Shown piece after piece: positions 10,454 through 20,102 of a stretch of 56,020 bases of DNA. The stretch is from positions 1-56,020 of the forward strand of contig JBHLOC010000033.1 in NCBI GenBank assembly GCA_048940925.1. The letters run 5' to 3'. Numbering within the stretch: position 1 is the first letter of the stretch; every line of letters begins with the position of its first letter. A program made the translations under genes and the position numbers. This DNA comes from Promethearchaeota archaeon. Its GTDB lineage: Archaea > Asgardarchaeota > Lokiarchaeia > Sigyniarchaeales > SOKP01. The notes under the pieces are model-generated. The model ran no database searches and was not told the DNA's origin. It saw nothing but the letters and a program-made list of their open reading frames with translations.

Positions 10454-11008
10454 TTAACATGTTTCTTCAAGCTCAATTATTTTTCCTTCATTAACTGACA
10501 TGTTATTTAACATTAATCGTATCAGAGTTTCAAATATTAATTCAATATTTTCTCCCGTTTTGCTCGAACATTCAATAAATCCATGTAAACCCATTGATTT
10601 AGCAACTCTCGCTCCAACTTCTCGAGGAACTTCTCGAATAAAGTCTAAGTCCAATTTAGCACCAAGTAGAATGATTGGAAATTTTTGGTTTGTCTTTTCT
10701 ATTAATGTTAACCAATTATTAATATGAGAAAAAGACGAGTAATTTGTTATATCATATATCAAAATTCCTCCCAAGGCACCATATAAATATTCAGGAAACA
10801 TATAACGAAACCGTTTATTTCCGGCAAAATCCCAAATCATTAGTTTTATTTCCATTCCATTGAGTTTACTGTCTTTAGTTTGACAATCAACCCCAATTGT
10901 CCTAACGCAGTTTGGATCAAATATACTAGTTATGAATCTCTTTATCAAGGTTGTTTTACCGGAATTAGTTTCACCTAAAATGACAGTTTTTAAAATTGCA
11001 TCATACAT
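10454..11008 (-). CDS. Rab-like small GTPase with intact P-loop and C-terminal Cys
   Basis: GETNSGKT, TIGVD, IWDFAG, GAKLD, ECSSKTG; ends ELEETC. Confidence 0.9.
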   Translation of the reverse strand: MYDAILKTVILGETNSGKTTLIKRFITSIFDPNCVRTIGVDCQTKDSKLNGMEIKLMIWDFAGNKRFRYMFPEYLYGALGGILIYDITNYSSFSHINNWLTLIEKTNQKFPIILLGAKLDLDFIREVPREVGARVAKSMGLHGFIECSSKTGENIELIFETLIRLMLNNMSVNEGKIIELEETC

Positions 11009-11323
11009 TTTACTTTTAACTTAACCTTTCTTAATTCTTTGTTATGTATCTCCTTAAAAAGTAATGTTCCCTAATATGCCTTTTTGCTAAAATTGTATGC
11101 AATGCTACCCATACAAAGCCCCATATTTAAATATATTGGAGGATTATAATCAGTTTTTCATTTTTTTCATGGAAAATAATGGAAAATCATAACACTATGA
11201 AAAAGAGCAACTTTTTTCTTTTTTGTCCTATGAAAAGAAGGAAAAAATTTCTTTCTTACGGTGCCTATTAATAATTAGCAGCTTAACCGGATTAATTAGC
11301 TCATAAAAGAATTAAGAAATTCT

Positions 11324-12232
11324 CTAACCCAATGTTATTTTAAGTCGATTAAGCATAGTTATTACAAAATGAGATGACTCTTCCCTTATATAGAGTGTAT
11401 TCGTTATATAATCCTGAAGCATTTCTTTTAATTCTAAATAATAAAATTCTTTATCTAAAGCAAGAGGATCTTCCTCAATATTTGCTTTATTTAAATGAAG
11501 AGATGCCATTTGTTGAAAAATTAATTCCATTGTTAAATCTATATATGTTTTTTGTAAGAGATATTCATCTTTTTTGGTTAATTCATAATATTGGTCTACT
11601 GCTTTTTCTCGAATTTTAAGCAAACTTATTATATTCTCTTTTATCTCATATGGTATATACAATGCTCCAATCTTTGTCACCATGCTGTCTAAACCAACCG
11701 TAATCTTCATAGACGCAATGTACTTCTCTATATGTGATAAAAATCTTATTAAAAATTTGAATGAATCCATCTCAGAATCAGTCTTCCACATCTTATACAA
11801 AAATCCCCAGTCAGATAGAACTAACTCATCTAAAGCCTTTACAATCCTCTTTTTTAACTGGTTTATTAAGTCTTTATTATAATAATGAGCTTCCTTATAG
11901 GGTTTATCAAGATTATGGAACTTATATTCATAATGCTTTCCATTTTCTTTGAATTCTTTGAAATGTAGGAGGGATCTCGAATCTTGGTCTATAAACTCCT
12001 TTTTGCCCATTTCGGCTGCGAATTTAATAATATATTTACATTCGGGACACGTCGTGACCCACGATCGACTCACAATATTTGGAGGTTGAAACCCTCCGTT
12101 TGAACTCTTAAATTTGAATCTATTTACTATGTGAACAGGAGCAGTTACCTCGAAATTCAATTTCTCGAGATGAAAAAATCTTGGAATGAATTCAACACTA
12201 CATAAAGGACACTTTATTTTCTTGTTCTCCAT
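11324..12232 (-). CDS. Hypothetical protein with N-terminal zinc ribbon and helical C-terminus
   Basis: CPLC...CPEC pair; no family recognised for the remainder. Confidence 0.55.
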   Translation of the reverse strand: MENKKIKCPLCSVEFIPRFFHLEKLNFEVTAPVHIVNRFKFKSSNGGFQPPNIVSRSWVTTCPECKYIIKFAAEMGKKEFIDQDSRSLLHFKEFKENGKHYEYKFHNLDKPYKEAHYYNKDLINQLKKRIVKALDELVLSDWGFLYKMWKTDSEMDSFKFLIRFLSHIEKYIASMKITVGLDSMVTKIGALYIPYEIKENIISLLKIREKAVDQYYELTKKDEYLLQKTYIDLTMELIFQQMASLHLNKANIEEDPLALDKEFYYLELKEMLQDYITNTLYIREESSHFVITMLNRLKITLG

Positions 12233-12542
12233 GCTATTTGCTTAACACATTTTAAATTCATTTAACGCTTGTTATCCTATAATTAGCTCAATAATTCTAA
12301 AATATTAAAATATAATTATTATCGAAAAAACAATTAATGTGAATCTGAAGACTGTATCCTACCTCTAGTTCTCTTTTTTGATACTATTATATTTGAATAG
12401 AATATCTAATTGTTATGCAAGTAAATGGTTTTTTTTGAATTATCTTATTCATAAATTCACAAACTATATTTATATTCTCATGTGTAAGGTTATAAGCATC
12501 AACTTAGAGCCTAAAAACTACTTTTTTCATATTCTTCAATGC

Positions 12543-13250
12543 TTACTTAATTGTGATGGTGAAATCAAAAAAAGATTCTTCTTTTTTGTTAGTGACATAG
12601 ATTTGATCGACTTTACATAACACATCTCTATTTAATGCTTTTCTTAATATACCTTCAGATATACCACACATTATATATACATGATAAATGAAATCATCAG
12701 TATCTTCTAAAAATATTGAATTCTTGAATCTATACGTGGCATTTTTCCCTTCTGGATCAATTTTCAATATTGTTATTTCGATATTTGGTTGAAAAATATC
12801 ATAAGCAGAATAAAAAGCCTTAAAACTTTCTAAAAATAGTCTCGAAATGGGATGACTTTTTAAACCTCTCAATTGCTTCTGAATATTCGGTCCAAAAGAA
12901 AATTTAATATCATTTGCTGCTTCTCTTCCGATTTGTATTGCTACTTCCTCATTATTTGGTAAATACTTTTTAAATTTCGATAATAGAGCTTTATAATATG
13001 TTATTGCAGTTTCAAAAGGAATGAATTTTTCTTTTTTAGCAAAAAATAATTTATATGCTCCTACTTTTTTGCTGAATATCTGATTTTTAAGCTCAAGACT
13101 AAGCACATATTTAGAAACTGTGTTCCTTGAAAAACTAGTAATATTTACAATGTCTGAAGCAGTTATTCCTCCTGGATTATCTCTAATACATTCTAAAATA
13201 GCAAATTCATGATTTATAGTGTTCTTTTTGTTAGCCGTTGATCTTATCAC
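12543..13250 (-). CDS. wHTH transcription regulator with C-terminal V4R/H-NOX/Bet3-like ligand-binding domain
   Basis: ILECIRDNPGGITASDIV...SRNTVSKYVLSLE wHTH; HVYIMCGISEGIL...FDFTITI V4R-like end. Confidence 0.7.
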   Translation of the reverse strand: MIRSTANKKNTINHEFAILECIRDNPGGITASDIVNITSFSRNTVSKYVLSLELKNQIFSKKVGAYKLFFAKKEKFIPFETAITYYKALLSKFKKYLPNNEEVAIQIGREAANDIKFSFGPNIQKQLRGLKSHPISRLFLESFKAFYSAYDIFQPNIEITILKIDPEGKNATYRFKNSIFLEDTDDFIYHVYIMCGISEGILRKALNRDVLCKVDQIYVTNKKEESFFDFTITIK

Positions 13251-13333
13251 CTATAAAAAAGTATAGATATCTTTCAGTAACTAACAAAAGATATATTTAT
13301 ATATTAATCTATCAAAAATTTAATATATATATG

Positions 13334-13352
13334 TGATCATTATTCTTGATCA
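13334..13352. promoter_or_regulatory. Candidate operator TGATCA-N7-TGATCA
   Basis: Two palindromic TGATCA hexamers lie just downstream of a TATA-like tract, between the divergent regulator and the 13375 gene. Confidence 0.45.
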
Positions 13353-13374
13353 TTAATTATCAAAGTGATTAATA

Positions 13375-15543
13375 ATGTCTAAAAAAATCTTAGTTCTCTC
13401 TGCTTTGCTACTTACATTAGGATCAGGTTTAATACCTGGAGGTATTTTAATTGCGGATTACATAAATAATAGAGTTGCAAATTCTATTGATGAAGGTCTT
13501 TTAGGGATCGAAGAAGAAGCAATTCCGCTTATAGAACCCATGATTAAAGAGAAGGGAATTCCTCGATCTCTTAGAGGAATTAGAAATACAGCGATATCTG
13601 AAATTGAACCCATGATTAAAGAGAAGGGAATTCCACAGGCTCTTAGAGGTATTAGAGATGTAGGAATCTCATATGTAGAAGATATGGTAGAGGCTACATT
13701 TGTAGCTGTATTAATCGAAACAATGGCGGTGACTGGTGGATATGTTTCTCTTCTCGGTACATTCGTTGATCCTATAGGGATAGATCCTTTCTTCAATAAT
13801 GAGACTACTGGAGTTTGGGCTTATATTTTTTGGGGTGTATCAAGGTACCATACTGAACAACTTAATTTTACTGAAGATGCTCAAAATAGGATATTATTTG
13901 GCAATAGCACCACAATTTCAGGTTATATTCCTGGTATTCAAGGCTTTCTTAATGATACATCAACAGGAGCAGGAGTTGCAACATTTTTAGAACAGTATTC
14001 TGCCTCAAATTCAAGTGAAACTAATGAATTGAAGGAAATTATGCAAGAAAACTATAATTGTACATGGTATCAATTAACAAAATTATATGAATATGTATAT
14101 GATTACTTAATTGAATATATTATCCCTGATGTTATTATTGCTAATGAATTGCATGTAGATTATATGCCAGAATTAGCAGGACTTACTTCAGTCAATGCTA
14201 TTGCAAAAGCTCTTTTCATGGAACAGTGGGCTAATGGAACAATATTAGGTGAAGTCCAATATCCGGGAGGAATCGATTTTAGTGAAATGATTGAAGGTAT
14301 AAATGAAACTCTTGTTGGATTTGAAGTAGGGCGTATAACACCATCTAATATTACTCGAAAAGTAGCTCTAGCGCTCTTTGATGATATTAATTACACGAAT
14401 GCCCTGACAAACGATACTGGAATTGAGCAATGGATTACTGCTTATACTAATAATACTATTAAAGATACATTAATGAATGAATTCAATCTAACACAGACTC
14501 AGATGGATATGATCCTATATTGGTTATTCGAAGAGTCATTTAAGGACAATGTCGTTCCTGAACTTATGAAATTACCCCCTCCGGAGGGAATAGGTAAATC
14601 TGTATCTGAGTTTGCAAAAGAACTCCTATTGGAACAATGGGCTAATGGCACAATATTAGGTGAAATTCTATATCCTGGAGGAATTGATTTTAGTGAAATA
14701 CTCGAAGGTTTAGATGAAACTCTTGTTGGATTTGAAGTAGGTCGGGAAACACCCTCAGGAATTACGTTAATGTCTGCTTCGGCACTTTTTGACGAAAATA
14801 ATTATCCAGACGCTCTAACTAACGATACTGGAATTAAAAAATGGATTACGGCTTACAATAATGATACAGTTAAGGATGCATTAATGAATGAATTCAATCT
14901 AACGCAGACTCAAATGGATATGATACTATATTGGCTATTTGAGGAATCTTTTCAAGAAAATATTGTCCCAGAACTTATGAAACTACCACCTCCAGATGGA
15001 GTAGGTATGAATATCACAGAATATGCGAGAGTATTATTTTTGGAACAGTGGGCAAATGGCACTGCAGAAGGAAAAATTTTGTATCCTCACGGCTTTCCAC
15101 TCTCTTTAAAAGCTGGCACAATATATGGACTTGAAGTGGGATATCAGGGGCTAGACATGTCGGTATTGCCAACTAATATATCATTAAAATCAGCAGAATC
15201 TCTTTGGGACATTTCAAGCGAATTTTCAATAGTAAATAAAAGGGGTCTTAGTAAATGGTTGTCAGCGGTAAGTAATCCTACCTCCGATACAGCTGCAGAA
15301 TTACAATCTATTAATGACTTAGAAGATGATGAAATGAATATGATTTTAAGTTGGATACCAATGTTTAGAGACAAAGTCATGCCTTATCTTGCTCAAGAAG
15401 AAATGAATCTACCCTCAGATTCAACTACATATGCAAATTCAATCGAACTTGGAATGGTAATTCCCGGTGCAATTGCGTTTTGCCTTGGATTGGCAGGGGT
15501 AGTTAGTAATTTACTTGTAAAAAGAAAACTTAAATTGACTTAA
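13375..15543 (+). CDS. Doubly membrane-anchored glycoprotein with 137-aa tandem repeats
   Basis: TMs at both termini; EQWANGT...GFEVG repeat units; numerous N-glycosylation sequons. Confidence 0.75.
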   Translation: MSKKILVLSALLLTLGSGLIPGGILIADYINNRVANSIDEGLLGIEEEAIPLIEPMIKEKGIPRSLRGIRNTAISEIEPMIKEKGIPQALRGIRDVGISYVEDMVEATFVAVLIETMAVTGGYVSLLGTFVDPIGIDPFFNNETTGVWAYIFWGVSRYHTEQLNFTEDAQNRILFGNSTTISGYIPGIQGFLNDTSTGAGVATFLEQYSASNSSETNELKEIMQENYNCTWYQLTKLYEYVYDYLIEYIIPDVIIANELHVDYMPELAGLTSVNAIAKALFMEQWANGTILGEVQYPGGIDFSEMIEGINETLVGFEVGRITPSNITRKVALALFDDINYTNALTNDTGIEQWITAYTNNTIKDTLMNEFNLTQTQMDMILYWLFEESFKDNVVPELMKLPPPEGIGKSVSEFAKELLLEQWANGTILGEILYPGGIDFSEILEGLDETLVGFEVGRETPSGITLMSASALFDENNYPDALTNDTGIKKWITAYNNDTVKDALMNEFNLTQTQMDMILYWLFEESFQENIVPELMKLPPPDGVGMNITEYARVLFLEQWANGTAEGKILYPHGFPLSLKAGTIYGLEVGYQGLDMSVLPTNISLKSAESLWDISSEFSIVNKRGLSKWLSAVSNPTSDTAAELQSINDLEDDEMNMILSWIPMFRDKVMPYLAQEEMNLPSDSTTYANSIELGMVIPGAIAFCLGLAGVVSNLLVKRKLKLT
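14212..15400 (+). repeat. Intragenic 411-bp (137-aa) tandem repeat, about 3 units
   Basis: EQW codons start at 14221, 14632 and 15043 (exact 411-bp period). A separate 72-bp tandem duplication (IEPMIKEKGIP..LRGIR) lies at 13531-13674. Confidence 0.9.
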
Positions 15544-15703
15544 TAATTTTTTTTAAAATTTGGAGAAGAAGACTTTACAACTGCCGTTTATGGTTAACAA
15601 AAGCATAAAATAAAAAAATTTAGATTTATTCGATTATTATTTAATTATTAAGAATAATTCAATTATTTCATACTTTTTTAAGTATAATCACTGTGAAATA
15701 ATT

Positions 15704-16228
15704 ATGGAAATGCCATTATTTGATCAACTTAATAAAAATCAATTAAAAGAATTGCTTATAAAATGTTGGATGACTCACGATGGTGCATGGTTTTATAATT
15801 GCGTCCATGAATTAGGAGTCGATGTTGCTAATAAACTAAATAAGGCGGCTATTAAAACTCTTTCTGCAGTTGAAATGCAAAGAATAAAAAAGACAATGGG
15901 TTGGGAAAATGTGAGAATAAAATCGTTTAAACAAGTTAAAGAGTTTATTATTAATAGCTTTAGCGTATTAAAAGGGGATTTTATGGATTTTGACTATACT
16001 TTCCCTGAAAATAATCGGATGCATTGGGAAATGTCTCGATGTTTTGCTTACAATGGGATGAAAATGATTGGAGTTAATAAACAATATGAATGTGGTGTTA
16101 TATATCGTGTTAGTTGCTGGCTGGATGCTCTCGGTATAAATCATACAATTGAGCCTGAAATCGATAAATGTTTGTTAAATTTTCATGAAAAATGTTCTGG
16201 AGATTTCATTTTGAATCTTGAGGGCTAA
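15704..16228 (+). CDS. DUF6125 / ATC-hydrolase (V4R-like fold) family protein
   Basis: CWMTHDGAWF followed by conserved Cys residues (RCFAY, YECG, KC...C). Confidence 0.65.
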   Translation: MEMPLFDQLNKNQLKELLIKCWMTHDGAWFYNCVHELGVDVANKLNKAAIKTLSAVEMQRIKKTMGWENVRIKSFKQVKEFIINSFSVLKGDFMDFDYTFPENNRMHWEMSRCFAYNGMKMIGVNKQYECGVIYRVSCWLDALGINHTIEPEIDKCLLNFHEKCSGDFILNLEG

Positions 16229-16244
16229 TTAAAGTTAAATATGT

Positions 16245-17855
16245 TTATTTAGGAACTAGTGTATCTTGGCCATCTGTTAACCAAGCAATATCCACTTTTA
16301 TCAAAATTATAGATTCACGTAAATCATACTTCCCAGCTTCAAATAATATGCAAATAGTATAATCTGATAAAATTGCTATGGAAGAATAGGCTGAGGGTCC
16401 TTCATACACCTGCTTTGACACATTCCATGTTATTCCATCATCATAACTCATTCGGAGAGTTAAATGGCCTCGAGAAAAACCATTGGGATTGGAAAATAAC
16501 ACTCGAGATCGCTTATAAGTTGATGTATTAGTAAAACGAAATATGGATGCTTGAGTCCCAGCTTCAGGAAGATCTTCCTCGTAATAGTAGGGTTCCCAAT
16601 CTTCTCCACCATTATTACTCCATGCCATTATTCTATGTCCCCCACGAGCCGCACGACAATTTATGACAAGTGAACCATTAACACTTTCAAATACCTGTGG
16701 TTCTTCACCTTCTCCAACTTGGGCCCCCTTATGCCAAGATTTTCCATGATCATCACTAAACACAACACAAGCACCTCCAATTTCTGCTGGGATGATTAAT
16801 CGTCCATTTGACATTTGAATTCCATTACCTGGTCCTGTTGCACAGTATAATCCTTCAGCTTCTAACTCTTGCGTCAGTTCTCTTGGTTCTGTCCATGAAA
16901 CTCCAAGATTAGTACTATTCATAATAAATACCCTCTTATAATCTACACAGAATGGTAAAAATAATGTCTGAGTGATATTATCAAATAAAGGACACGGATT
17001 GTGCACAGTATGATCTCCTCTATTTTGTATAACTTGGATGCCGCCCCAAGACTCACCACCATCAAGACTTCTCTTCATTACAATATCAATGTCTCCCCAA
17101 TCCGCCATCGTATTCCATCGAGATTCACAAAATGCCAACATTACATCACCAGGTAATACAATTAACGCGGGAATTCGATATCCCCGACCAGCTGTGCTTC
17201 CTACAAATAACTTTTGTCGCTGAACCCCATCGGTCCATTGTGGATTCCAAAATGCCATTATAACTCCAAATGAACCAAACACAAAAAGAAATGCAATTCC
17301 TGATGCCATTAAACCCCTCATCAACCGGGGTTCCCTCTTCAATCGAAATTTTTCTAAAAAGAATTTGATGCTGCCAATTATAAAAAGGGCTCCGTATCCG
17401 AAAAAAGGTACACCAAGAATTACTATTAGGAATAGAGGTATCGCTTCCGCTGCTCCCATATAAAGTAGTCGAAATACGAGTATAAGTGCTATGGCTACAA
17501 ATATATCCCATATTGCCCAAAATAATATCCATGCTAATCTGGCATTTTTATTTGAGATTCTGCCAATTAATAAACCGCGCAATTTGCCTGATCTCTTACT
17601 TAATAACGTTATAACTACACTATATATAGGGCCAGCAATCAACAACGCGATAAACACATATAATATCCATTCATTCTCAGCAACAATTAAAAATTCACCC
17701 CCATACATCATAATAAAAATAAATGCGACGCCGGTTAATAGTACCGCAATAAAAAGTAATAGAATCCCTAAATACATATCCCTTTTATAAGTTTTATTTA
17801 CAGTTTGATTGGTTGGTTTTCGATTTTCTCCCTTAGATTGTTCTTCATTACCCAT
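16245..17855 (-). CDS. Exo-alpha-sialidase (GH33) fused to an N-terminal multi-TM anchor
   Basis: YRIP motif; Asp-boxes SLDGGESW, SDDHGKSW, SNNGGEDW, SYDDGITW; AYSS; about 5 N-terminal TMs. Start ATG 17855 is supported by the paralogous stub at 19836. Confidence 0.85.
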   Translation of the reverse strand: MGNEEQSKGENRKPTNQTVNKTYKRDMYLGILLLFIAVLLTGVAFIFIMMYGGEFLIVAENEWILYVFIALLIAGPIYSVVITLLSKRSGKLRGLLIGRISNKNARLAWILFWAIWDIFVAIALILVFRLLYMGAAEAIPLFLIVILGVPFFGYGALFIIGSIKFFLEKFRLKREPRLMRGLMASGIAFLFVFGSFGVIMAFWNPQWTDGVQRQKLFVGSTAGRGYRIPALIVLPGDVMLAFCESRWNTMADWGDIDIVMKRSLDGGESWGGIQVIQNRGDHTVHNPCPLFDNITQTLFLPFCVDYKRVFIMNSTNLGVSWTEPRELTQELEAEGLYCATGPGNGIQMSNGRLIIPAEIGGACVVFSDDHGKSWHKGAQVGEGEEPQVFESVNGSLVINCRAARGGHRIMAWSNNGGEDWEPYYYEEDLPEAGTQASIFRFTNTSTYKRSRVLFSNPNGFSRGHLTLRMSYDDGITWNVSKQVYEGPSAYSSIAILSDYTICILFEAGKYDLRESIILIKVDIAWLTDGQDTLVPK

Positions 17856-18151
17856 TACTTTAATCCTCTCGAGTTTGCCCCTATACAAGATTTTATATTA
17901 TTATTTAATATTTGTAATAAATATTTAAAAAGATGATTTTATCTATACAACTTCTTCTAAAAAAAGTAATAAAGGCTTATAAGAGATAGGAGGAAGGGGT
18001 TAGTATAGAAGGGAAAAAGTGTAAAATATATCTATCTCTTCGAATGAGCCTAAAGTGGTAGATTTTATACTATTTCTTCCTAATCCTCTTCAGATTTATC
18101 CTATTTTTTATATTTTTTTCCTAAATCCTCTAATACTTTCCCAATTCTTCT

Positions 18152-19420
18152 TTACCTATTTCTCTTTAACCAATAAAAAAGATATGCAATACCAATTAAA
18201 AAGCTAACTCCAATTGATACTCCTAAAAATATATAAGAAAGTTGTATTTTATTATGAATAGTTTCGTCAATTTTGGGATTATTTATATCAATAAAATATA
18301 GTTTATCTCCTATTAAAGTAATAATGTATCGATTATCAGAGGAAATTTGAAGTGATCTTAGAGCTTTATTAAATTCATGTTTCCATAAAAGTTCAGATGT
18401 ATTACTCTCAAATAAATAAATAAATCCCTCATCTAAATAAATACTACTACCAGCAATAATATATTTACCATTTTCTGATATAAATACTGAACCGATCCCA
18501 TCTTCTATTGAAGAATTCCAAAGTGGTTTTGAGTCTGTAGGATTAAAAAGATATACTCCATCGTGAAATCCTACAGTCATAAGTGTCTCATCCACTGAAA
18601 AAGAAATGGATTGTGCTCTCCCATACGGGTGATGGAAGTTCCATACCGATGTTTTATTTACGTAGGTCGATTTATTAAGTAAATAAAAATCATCATGTTG
18701 AGTTCCAGCGGCAATAAAATTACCCTCTGACGAAATAGCTAATGAACATATCCAAGCTGGAGTTGAAGATACACTCGGTTTAATTGTAAAATTCCACACT
18801 GGAAGAGAAAATGATGAATTAAAAAATTGAATTACTCCATCATCTTCTCTAAGTTCAGTTGCTATAAGATATTTACCATCTAATGATAAATCTACGGAAT
18901 CGCATCTCATCATACTATAATTTATTATTGGATTAGTTTCCTCAGATTTGAAAAGGTAAACTCGATTGAATGTACTAGCTGCTATAACCTTTCCATCTGA
19001 AGAAATTTGCACAAGACCTACTCTACGATCTAATTCATGAGTCCATATTGGAATGGGGCTTGATTTATTAAAAAGATATAGATCATTAACAGCACCTCCA
19101 GCTACGATATAATCACCATCAGGAGTTATATCTACAGACAAAATATCTTCATTTGCTATAAATGTCCCCAACGGCTCAGGTTCTTTTTTATTAAATAAGT
19201 ATAATCTTGTCTGCCCACTGCCCGCTACAATATAATCTCCATTATCTGATATAGCTAGTGGCCATATAATCTCTCCTTCATTATCTTTTAGAGTAAGACT
19301 CCAAGAACTAATTACAGTACTATTTATTACAATAAAATATGAAATTGTGATTATGTTTCCAAGAATTAATATACTTACGATTGAAAAAATAGCTACTTTT
19401 AATTTCTTTTCCATGATCAT
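18152..19420 (-). CDS. WD40/PQQ-like beta-propeller with TM anchors at both termini
   Basis: Repeated ISxDGxYIxAG...LYLFN....P.W units; hydrophobic termini. Confidence 0.8.
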   Translation of the reverse strand: MIMEKKLKVAIFSIVSILILGNIITISYFIVINSTVISSWSLTLKDNEGEIIWPLAISDNGDYIVAGSGQTRLYLFNKKEPEPLGTFIANEDILSVDITPDGDYIVAGGAVNDLYLFNKSSPIPIWTHELDRRVGLVQISSDGKVIAASTFNRVYLFKSEETNPIINYSMMRCDSVDLSLDGKYLIATELREDDGVIQFFNSSFSLPVWNFTIKPSVSSTPAWICSLAISSEGNFIAAGTQHDDFYLLNKSTYVNKTSVWNFHHPYGRAQSISFSVDETLMTVGFHDGVYLFNPTDSKPLWNSSIEDGIGSVFISENGKYIIAGSSIYLDEGFIYLFESNTSELLWKHEFNKALRSLQISSDNRYIITLIGDKLYFIDINNPKIDETIHNKIQLSYIFLGVSIGVSFLIGIAYLFYWLKRNR

Positions 19421-19710
19421 ATACCTCTCTTCAATAACATTAACTATTACAATAGATTTTTAATTTTAGTTTTTCTTTTTGCCTGTTTTTTCCCATTTTC
19501 CAAATTCTTTATCAAAAACATCATTATATTCTGTTATTTTTTTCTGGATTTGTTTTTTTTTTGATAAAATAATAAGAACCTGATACTATTAAAAATATAG
19601 ATAATTCCCATGATCTTTGTCTATATCTTCTATGATAAAAGATAATATAAATCTTTCTTAAAAAACAATAGTTTTTCATCTCTTATATATATTATAGGAA
19701 CTCTTCTCAT

Positions 19711-19920
19711 TTATGAGATTATAAAATTCTTGTTAATTAGTAGAATTCCTAAATACTTGCCCTGTTGATACGTATTAATTAAAGATTGATTACAGGTTTT
19801 TTGGGATCCTTCATTATATTGTGCTTCCCTGTCCATTCCATTAATCCTCTCGAGTATGTCATTATGAAAGTTGATTCATTATTATTTAATATTCGCACTA
19901 CACCTTTAAAAAGATAATTT
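19711..19920 (-). pseudogene. Promoter plus 5' stub (about 33 codons) of a sialidase paralogue
   Basis: MDREAQYNEGSQKTCNQSLINTYQQGKYLGILL aligns with MGNEEQSKGENRKPTNQTVNKTYKRDMYLGILL; the upstream ~80 bp (TTAATCCTCTCGAGT...TTTAAAAAGAT) matches 17860-17940. Confidence 0.7.
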
Positions 19921-20013
19921 CTAGGTAAAATCATTACCTAGCTTAAGAATATTTTCTATTCTTAATTACCCTTTTATCTATTTCCCTAAAATAGAAATAA
20001 AAAAATCAGTTTT

Positions 20014-20037
20014 TAACAAAAATGTGGATTTATATAT
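20014..20037 (+). promoter_or_regulatory. TGACA-N4-TGTNA-like box plus TATA upstream of the GHCSN-Rab gene
   Basis: TAACAAAAATGTGG-A-TTTATATA; it overlaps the ORF-track ATG at 20022, implying a downstream start. Confidence 0.45.
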
Positions 20038-20102
20038 TTGTATTTTCTTATCAATATATGGGATTACCAATAATAAAAAAAACTGGGCGAATTAGTATAA
20101 AA

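Noticed and set aside
11150-11250. ATGGAAAA/CTATGAAAA short repeats upstream of Rab 10454
   Set aside because: Short, A/T-rich and irregularly spaced; not distinguishable from background.
17980-18150. Purine-rich then pyrimidine-rich tracts as a structured RNA or MITE
   Set aside because: Complementarity is loose and low-complexity; it is consistent with terminator/promoter DNA.
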